Assembly: GCA_002269645.1 (NCBI GenBank)
Contig: NIVC01002766.1
Location: 1-64,000, forward strand
From: Macrostomum lignano
Lineage: Eukaryota
Direction: 5' to 3'
DNA: 64,000 bases
Shown here: positions 33,623 through 64,000 of the stretch, in pieces
How positions within the stretch are numbered: the stretch's first letter is position 1
Layout: each line of letters starts with the position of its first letter
Position numbers and translations under genes: made by a program
The notes under the pieces: model-generated
The model's input: the letters and a program-made list of their open reading frames with translations, nothing else
Databases searched by the model: none
What the model was told of the DNA's origin: nothing

Positions 33623-35822
33623 ATGCAAAAGAGCGGAAGTATTAAGGTGAATTTCGGTAAGTGCTCTGTAGCCGACAAAACAGATTTTATTACACCAAAT
33701 TATTGCCTGAAATCGCCACAAACCTGTGCACTCGCATCTTTGTAGATGATTTTCAACTTTCGGCCCAAATACTTAATTCCGTGAGGCGGCCGGGCAAGGT
33801 CAAGTGGTTCGATGTCGCTCGAGGCTTCGGCTTCATCCTGCCGGACGACCGAGGTCGGAATGTCTTCGTGCATCAGGTGTGCTGCGGCGGGGCTTGAGTA
33901 GCCCTCGGTTGCTATGGGGTTTCGTTGAGTAGTTTTGGTTGTCGAGCGTTTCAATTTTTTGTATTAGGTTTGATTGCTATGGTGTCTCTTTGAGAAAGTT
34001 TGGTTGCTATGGGGTTTTCTTGAGTCGGTTTTTTCTTGTTATGGCTTTCCTTGAGTAGTTTTTTATTAGGTTTGATTGCTGTTGTTTTCTTGAGCCGTGA
34101 CTAGGTATGGTTGCTATGGGGCTTCCTTGAGTAGGTTTGGTTGCAATGGAGTTTCTTTCAGTAGGTTTAGTCGCTATGTGGTTTTCTTGAGTAGTTTTGG
34201 TTGCAATGGAGTTTCTTTCAGTAGGTTTAGTCGCTATGTGGTTTTCTTGAGTAGTTTTGGTTGCAATGGAGTTTCTTTCAGTAGGTTTAGTCGCTATGTG
34301 GTTTTCTTGAGTAGTTTTGGTTGCAATGGAGTTTCTTTCAGTAGGTTTAGTCGCTATGTGGTTTTCTTGAGTAGTTTTGGTTGCAATGGAGTTTCTTTCA
34401 GTAGGTTTAGTCGCTATGTGGTTTTCTTGAGTAGTTTTGGTTGCAATGGAGTTTCTTTCAGTAGGTTTAGTCGCTATGTGGTTTTCTTGAGTAGTTTTGG
34501 TTGCAATGGAGTTTCTTTCAGAAGGTTTAGTCGCTATGTGGTTTTCTTGAGTAGTTTTGGTTGCAATGGAGTTTCTTTCAGTAGGTTTAGTCGCTATGTG
34601 GTTTTCTTGAGTAGTTTTGGTTGCAATGGAGTTTCTTTCAGTAGGTTTAGTCGCTATGTGGTTTTCTTGAGTAGTTTTGGTTGCAATGGAGTTTCTTTCA
34701 GTAAGTTTAGTCGCTATGTGGTTTTCTTGAGTAGTTTTGGTTGCTATTTCACTGGTACATCTTTGAGTTCCACCAAATCTAACAGCATCCCTCTTGAATC
34801 TCCATCAAGTCCGCCATCTGCATGCCGGGATTTCGAAACCTCTGTCCTGACGAGCTGGTGGAGTTTGAGACCCGGGCAGCCGAGAAGGGCCTGGAGGCTC
34901 GTCTGGTCACCGGACCCGGCGGGGTTCCGTGCCGCGGCGCCGAGAACGTCGGGCAGAGACGGATGCTGAAGTGAGGCTGAATTGATGAGGCTGCAAGTGT
35001 GGGACTGAGATGTAGTTAAATATAATATTTTACTAGAACTTACTCGGGATTAACTAGGGATTCGAATTGAGCTTCTTAAACTCGAAATGAGTGTTTTAAA
35101 ACTCAAAGTGAGAATTGGGAAACTCATATTGAGGAATAGGGAACTCGAAGTGAGGATTAGAGAACTCGAAGTTAGGATTAGGGAACTCAAAGTGAGGATT
35201 AGGGAACTCAGTGAGGATTAGGGGAACTCAAAGTGAGGATTAGGGAACTCAGTGAGGATTAGAGAACTCAAAGTGAGAATTAGGGAACTCAGTGAGGATT
35301 AGGGAACAAAGGGAGGATTAAAGAACTCAACGTGAGGATTAGGGAACTCAAAGTGAGGATTAGGGGAACTCAAAGTGAGGATTAGGGAACTCAACGTGAG
35401 GATTAGGGAACTCAAAGTGAGGATTAGGAAACTAAAAGTGAGGATTAGGGGAACTCAAGGTGAGAATTAGGGAACTTAAAGTGAGAATTAGGGAGCTCAG
35501 TGAGGATTAGGAAACTCTAGGATCTCAGACGGACTGAGGGGCAGCTTGTATTCATACAGAAAATAAGATCTCATTTTAGGGCGAACGAGTCTCACCTCCC
35601 CGCTAAAGCTCTTATAAGTTTGCTGATCTGTCGACTCTCCCCAGGTGCTACAACTGCGGCCAGGTGTCTGACCACCTCGCCGCCAACTGCCCGCTGGGCC
35701 CCCTGCCCAAGTGCTGCTATCGCTGCCGCTCAGTCAACCACCTCGTCAAGGACTGCCCGTTTTGGGGCTTTGTCACCGCCCCAACTGAACCGCCTGCGGC
35801 TGCTGCCCAGGGATACAATTGA
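33623..35822 (+). CDS. lin-28: Lin-28 homolog, copy 2, 167 aa
   Basis: Exons 33623-33656, 33746-33876, 34810-34970 and 35645-35822. Same protein as copy 1 plus the tail [19 protein letters not shown]; GT-AG introns, phases 1,0,2. Confidence 0.93.
34130..34745 (+). repeat. 60-bp minisatellite in lin-28 copy 2 intron 2
   Basis: About 10 units versus about 7 in copy 1. Confidence 0.96.
35098..35512 (+). repeat. 21-bp minisatellite in lin-28 copy 2 intron 3 (no LTR insertion)
   Basis: Same unit as 15380-16131. Confidence 0.95.
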
Positions 35823-35894
35823 TATTTCTGAGCGAGTGCTTTGGTTGAGCGAGAGTGAACTTGAAAACTGGTCAGGTTGGCGAATGAATGACAA

Positions 35895-37640
35895 TAATAG
35901 CGACAGAAAGGAGAGAGAGTGACAGGAAGGGAGTGACAGAGAACAGGGAGAGTAAGGAAGACAGTAACAGAACAGAAAAAAAGTGACAGAGAACAGAAAA
36001 AAAGTGACAGAGAACAGAAAAAAGTGACAGAGAACAGGAAAAGAGTGACAGAGAACAGGAAAAGAGTGACAGAGAACAGGGAGAGTAAGGAAGACAGTAA
36101 CAGAGAACAGAAACAAAGTGACAGAGAACAGGAAGAGTGACAGAGAACAGGAAAAGAGTGACAGAGAACAGGAAGAGTGACAGAGAACAGGAAGAGAGTG
36201 ACAGAGAACAAGAAGAGAAAGACAGAGAACAGGAAGACCGTGACAGAGAATAGGAGAAGAGTGACAGAGAGCAGGAAAAGAGTGACAGAGAACAGGAAGA
36301 GTAACAGAGAACAGGAAGAGAGTGACAGAGAACAGGAAGAGAGTGACAGAGAACAGGGAGAGAGTGACAGAACAGGGAGAGAGTGACAGAGCACAGGGAG
36401 AGAGTGAAAGAGCACAGGGGGAGAGTGACAGAGCACAGGGAGATAGTGACAGAGAACAGGGAGGGAGTGACAGAGAACAGGGAGGGCGTGACAGAGCACA
36501 GGGAGAGAGTGACACAGAACAGGGAGAGAGTGACAGAGAACAGGAAGAGAGTGACAGAGCACAGGGAGAGAGTGACAGAACAGGGAGAGAGTGACAGAGA
36601 ACAGGAAGAGAGTGACAGAGAACAGGAAGAGTGACAGAGCACAGGGAGAGAGTGACAGAACAGGGAGAGAGTGACAGAGAACAGGAAGAGAGTGACAGAG
36701 AACAGGAAGAGTGACAGAACAGGGAGAGAGTGACAGAGCACAGGGAGAGAGTGACAGAGAACAGGGAGGGAGTGACATAGAACAGGAAGAGAGTGACAGA
36801 GCACAGGGAGAGAGTGACAGAGCACAGGGAGAGAGTGACAGAGAACAGGAAGAGAGTGACAGAGCACAGGGAGAGAGTGACAGAACAGGGAGAGAGTGAC
36901 AGAGAACAGGAAGAGAGTGACACAGAACAGGGAGAGAGTGACAGAGAACAGGAAGAGAGTGACAGAGCACAGGGAGAGAGTGACAGAACAGGGAGAGAGT
37001 GACAGAGAACAGGAAGAGAGTGACAGAGAACAGGAAGAGTGACAGAGCACAGGGAGAGAGTGACAGAACAGGGAGAGAGTGACAGAGAACAGGAAGAGAG
37101 TGACAGAGAACAGGAAGAGTGACAGAACAGGGAGAGAGTGACAGAGCACAGGGAGAGAGTGACAGAGAACAGGAAGAGAGTGACAGAGAACAGGGAGAGT
37201 GACAGAACAGGGAGTGACAGAGCACAGGGAGAGAGTGACAGAGATCAGGGAGAGAGTGACAGAGCACAGGGAGAGAGTGACAGAGCACAGGGAGAGAGTG
37301 ACAGAGAACAGGGAGGGAGTGACAGAGCACAGAGAGAGTGACAGAGAACAGGGAGAGAGTGACAGAGAACAGGGAGAGAGTGACAGAGAACAGGAAGACA
37401 GTGACAGAGAACAGGGAGAGTGACAGAACAGGGAGAGAGTGACAGAGCACAGGGAGAGAGTGACAGAGAACAGGGAGAGAGTGACAGAGAACAGGGAGGG
37501 AGTGACAGAGCACAGGGAGAGAGTGACAGAGAAGAGGGAGGGAGTGACAGAGCACAGGGAGAGAGTGACAGAGAACAGGGAGGGAGTGACAGAGCACAGG
37601 GAGAGAGTGACAGAGAACACAAAAGAGTGACAGAACAGAT
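35895..37640 (+). repeat. GA minisatellite downstream of lin-28 copy 2 (variant cagggagagagtgacagagca)
   Basis: Starts ~75 nt after the stop; followed by a diverged spacer half with AATAAA at 37819-37824. Confidence 0.95.
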
Positions 37641-38182
37641 TGTGCAGCTGAGCTACACCCAGAGGACAAGAAAGGACAAAGGTGACGCAGGAGGCAGACA
37701 GAGACGGGAGGCAAATTTTTCCTGGTTATTTCTCGTACATATAAATCTAAGCAGACTTTACAAAAGCAAAAACCATTTTAGCCTAAATAGCACATGCAGC
37801 CCAGCTGAGTGACGCGTGAATAAAAAATTAGGTAAAATAATTGCCTCCCCGTATTATTTTTGTCGATTTTGAAACCGGTTAAATAGTTTTTTGCAAACCT
37901 GGCCCTGAATACTTAAAAAACTGGTAATTTTGTTGTGAATCTTGTTTAAAATGTGCCGGCAATAAACCATCTTCTGATAGCCGCTGAGCTGGTCAAGTCG
38001 CTGATTTCAGAACTTATTGGAACTGACCAACTCCGATTCAGTGCTGATCTGTCTTCGAATCTCTGAACTTTTGTGATAGCGCGTGTTCCGTCACCGCCCC
38101 AGCTGCAGTCCGAGAGAAATGATTTTCACAGATGAACAGACCCCGATATGCTTGGACTGACACTTATACAGGAAGATGGGCA

Positions 38183-38196
38183 GATCAGACACTGAA

Positions 38197-38227
<31 letters not shown>

Positions 38228-38947
38228 CTAAGACAGACAGACAGACAGACAGACACTAAGACAGACAGACAGGCAGGCAGACAGACAGACAGGCAGACAG
38301 ACAGACAGACAGACAGACAGGCAGACAGACTGACAGAGAGACAGACAAACAGAAAGAGACAGATAGACAGACAGACAGACAGACAGATAGAGACTAAGAC
38401 AGACAGAAAGAGACAGATAGACAGACAGGCAGACAGACAGACAGAGAGACAAACAAACACTAAGACAGACAGACAAACAAACACTAAGACAGACAGACAA
38501 ACAAACACTAAGACAGACAGACAGACAAACACTAAGACAGACAGACAAACAAACACTAGGACAGACAGACAGAGACAAACAAACACTAAGACAGACAGAC
38601 AAACAAACACTAAGACAGACAGAGACAAACAAACACTAAGACAGACAGACAAACAAACACTAAGACAGACAGAGACAAACAAACACTAAGACAGACAGAC
38701 AAACAAACACTAAGACAGACAGACAAACAAACACTAAGACAGACAGACAAACAAACACTAAGACAGACAGACAGACAAACAAACACTAAGACAGACAGAC
38801 AGAGACAAACAAACACTAAGACAGACAGACAGACAAACAAACACTAAGACAGACAGACAGAGACAAACAAACACTAAGACAGACAGACAAACAAACACTA
38901 AGACAGACAGACAGACAAACAAACACTAAGACAGACAGACAGACAGG
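38183..38947 (+). repeat. (GACA)n / acactaagacagacag satellite
   Basis: Direct reading; same family as SNRNP200 intron 1 on the opposite strand. Confidence 0.95.
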
Positions 38948-39879
38948 CAGTCAAGGAGGGAAACTGACAGATTTCACAGAGAGCAGGCCCTAACATTTCT
39001 TTACATCATTAGTCAAGAACGCACAGCTTGCCGTTACGATTATGGGCGACATCTGCGCGGATTTTTTCACCCTAAAAAATGTTATGATCCTACCTGTACT
39101 TTAGAACTGGCCAGAATGCTATATAAATTTTCCAATTGCAGCAGACGCTCTGTGATAGTTTAATTAGTATGACTAAATTACTTGAATTAAATTATTCCAC
39201 TTAATAATCGTGAATTTCAAACTGATAGAAAACAACTTGACTATGATAAAATTCAGTCTGAGCTCTGATCTCTTAATTCCAAGCCAAATTGTTTTTAGAT
39301 CCAAAGACTACTTAAGTAAATAGCAGTTTTTCCGTATTAAATAACGCATACGGGTCAATAAAGAAATTAAGGTTATATTTTTTAAAGCTTACAAAGCTTA
39401 CACAGAGCCGATCGAGCGGGTTTATTACTTTGTCAAGCACGGCACGGCACGCAAGCCGTGCACACAGAATAGATTAAAGTACAATAAGTAATAAAAACAC
39501 GTAATTGAATTGAATAATTGAGCTAAAAAAATTCGTTTAACTCCCGGCCCTTAAACTTTTTCAACCATATGCATTATAGACAATTCACTGTTAAAGAACA
39601 CCAAATGCATTCAACAGTGCATCTCGGAGAGAACAAACCGGATTATTAGTTTGAGGCCAAGACAAATTATAAAAAATATGAAACTTAATTGGTGCTTAGT
39701 TTGATAAGTCATTCGACCGCTATTTAGTAATGAAGAGGTGAGAGATGATTGATGTTATTAATTAGAGGATATAGGTCAAATGAGTTTTTGACCTCGGCCA
39801 TTTAGTAAGTGCATTATAGACTACTTTCAATTCAGTAGTATTATAGTTCATAGTCTAATTATCTGTCTAATTATTGATG

Positions 39880-40137
39880 CAGTTAAGTTGCCCGACTTAA
39901 AGGCCGAGAGTTCGATTCCCGATCCCACTCGGAACAATTTGTGTCCTTGAGCAAGACGCGTAACTCTGCATTGCTTCAGTTCAACCCAGCTGTAAGATGG
40001 GTGCCAGCATTAGCTGGGGTAATTGAGGCTGTGTGTGGCGACCCCCCAGTCCTTGGACTGAACAGCCGTACGCAGCGGCTGAACTGGCGGTTGCACATCT
40101 GCCCATTAGGGCAGGTGTAATCAGTTATTATTATTTA
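39880..40137 (+). mobile_element. tRNA-derived CORE-type SINE
   Basis: B-box gttcgattcc at 39910-39919. 39941-40001 (gtgtccttgagcaagacgcgtaactc..gcttcagtt..ctgtaagatggg) aligns by eye to the MIR/CORE consensus (gtgaccttgggcaagtcacttaacct..gcctcagttt..ctgtaaaatggg). (TTA)n tail at 40125-40135. Confidence 0.7.
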
Positions 40138-40211
40138 CATACTCGTACTACTTTCTTTACTTTCTACTGAATGTAAGTAGTAAAAGATGATTTTGTGTAT
40201 ATTTTCATAAA

Positions 40212-40217
40212 TTTATT
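40212..40217 (-). terminator. Putative poly(A) signal AATAAA of SNRNP200
   Basis: tttatt on the + strand, ~33 nt past the stop, followed by AT-rich sequence. Confidence 0.45.
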
Positions 40218-40249
40218 TAACAGTTTGCGTGCAGTCAATAACGGAAAAG

Positions 40250-62562
<22,313 letters not shown>

Positions 62563-62694
62563 GACTGCTCAAGTAGTGTAGGAACTGGTGTTTGAATTCT
62601 CTGCTTTCACTTGTTATAGTGGTTTTTGCTTGATTATTGCATGCATCAGTTAGTGTGGGGTGATTTTAATTAGCTTGGGATGATTAATAAATAG

Positions 62695-64000
62695 TGCGGG
62701 ATGATTATCAATAGTTTGGGATGAGTATTAGTTTGGGATGATTATCAGTAGTTTAGGATGATTATCAATAGTTTAGGATGATTATCAGTAGTTTGGGATG
62801 ATTATCAATAGTTTAGGATGATTATCATTAGTTTGGGATGATTATCAATAGTTTAGGATGATTATCATTAGTTTAGGATGATTATCAATAGTTTGGGATG
62901 AGTATTAGTGTGGGATGATTATCAGTAGTTTAGGATGATTATCAGTAGTTTAGGATGATTATCAATAGTTTAGGATGATTATCAGTAGTTTGGGATGATT
63001 ATCAATAGTTTAGGATGATTATCATTAGTTTTGGATGATTATCAGTAGTTTGGGATGATTATCAATAGTTTAGGATGATTATCATTAGTTTAGGATGATT
63101 ATCAGTAGTTTGGGATGATTATCAATAGTTTAGGATGATTATCATTAGTTTAGGATGATTATCAGTAGTTTGGGATGATTATCAATAGTGTGGGATGATT
63201 ATCAATAGTTTAGGATGATTATCAGTAGTTTGGGATGATTATCAATAGTTTAGGATGATTATCATTAGTTTAGGATGATTATCATTAGTTTAGGATGATT
63301 ATCAGTAGTTTGGGATGATTATCAATAGTTTAGGATGATTATCATTAGTTTAGGATGATTATCAGTAGTTTGGGATGATTATCAATAGTGTGGGATGATT
63401 ATCAATAGTTTAGGATGATTATCAGTAGTTTGGGATGATTATCAATAGTTTAGGATGACTATCATTAGTTTAGGATGATTATCAATAGTTTAGGATGATT
63501 ATCAGTAGTTTGGGATGATTATCAATAGTCTGGGATGATTATCAATAGTTTAGGATGATTATCAGTAGTTTGGGATGATTATCAATAGTTTAGGATGATT
63601 ATCAGTAGTTTGGGATGATTATCAATAGTCTGGGATGATTATCAATAGTTTAGGATGATTATCATTAGTTTAGGATGATTATCAGTAGTTTGGGATGATT
63701 ATCAATAGTGTGGGATGATTATCAATAGTCTGGGATGATTATCAATAGTTTAGGATGATTATCAATAGTTTAGGATGACTATCATTAGTTTAGGATGATT
63801 ATCAATAGTTTAGGATGATTATCAGTAGTTTGGGATGATTATCAATAGTCTGGGATGATTATCAATAGTTTAGGATGATTATCAGTAGTTTGGGATGATT
63901 ATCAATAGTTTAGGATGATTATCAATAGTTTGGGATGATTATCAATAGTTTGGGATGATTATCAATAGTGTGGGATGATTATCAATAGTTTGGGATGATT
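62695..64000. repeat. 20-bp minisatellite upstream of SNRNP200
   Basis: tttaggatgattatcaatag, begins ~130 nt upstream of the ATG and runs off the window. Confidence 0.97.

Noticed and set aside
11597-37812. Dozens of long ORFs (VTENRKG, DREQEGS, FLFSVTP, LPVLCHS, SELPEA, RIRELKV)
   Set aside because: Translations of the 21-, 35- and 60-bp satellites in all frames, with no unique coding content.
37970-38180. Possible small exon(s) in a GC-balanced island
   Set aside because: Short open frames on both strands but no recognisable homology or paired splice sites.
39880-39930. Functional tRNA gene
   Set aside because: B-box only; A-box degenerate, no cloverleaf, and it continues into a CORE domain, so it is called a SINE head.

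Overview
Eukaryotic (animal) genomic DNA. The satellite-filled introns, GT-AG splicing and Ala/Gly-rich inserts resemble a free-living flatworm such as Macrostomum, but that is inference only. The window has four zones. (1) 1-10.9 kb: a stack of three decayed non-LTR retrotransposons, all on the minus strand: a LOA/Lian-like element (ORF1 plus APE-RT-RNaseH), an RTE-like RT fragment, and an Ingi-like element with an N-terminal 2A-like motif (HDVETNPGP) and a PHD finger. An isolated last exon of RPS7 follows. (2) 11.7-37.8 kb: two tandem lin-28 genes (cold-shock domain plus two CCHC knuckles, 4 exons each, missed by the ORF track), embedded in a rearranged array of a module made of a 21-bp GA satellite, a ~360-bp spacer and a 35-bp satellite, present in both orientations. 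Copy 1 has a deleted Ty3/Gypsy element in intron 3 (4-bp TSD) and a TGG>TGA stop that removes its tail. (3) 37.8-40.2 kb: a GACA satellite and a CORE-type tRNA-derived SINE. (4) 40.2-62.6 kb: a complete 14-exon SNRNP200/Brr2 gene on the minus strand (6,648-nt CDS, 2,215 aa) in which all 13 introns carry their own tandem repeat. Most long ORFs in the supplied track are satellite artefacts. Best leads: the GA satellite in the lin-28 3' region as an array of putative Lin28-binding motifs, inverted satellite arms behind lin-28 copy 1, the 2A recoding signal, and the one-satellite-per-intron architecture.
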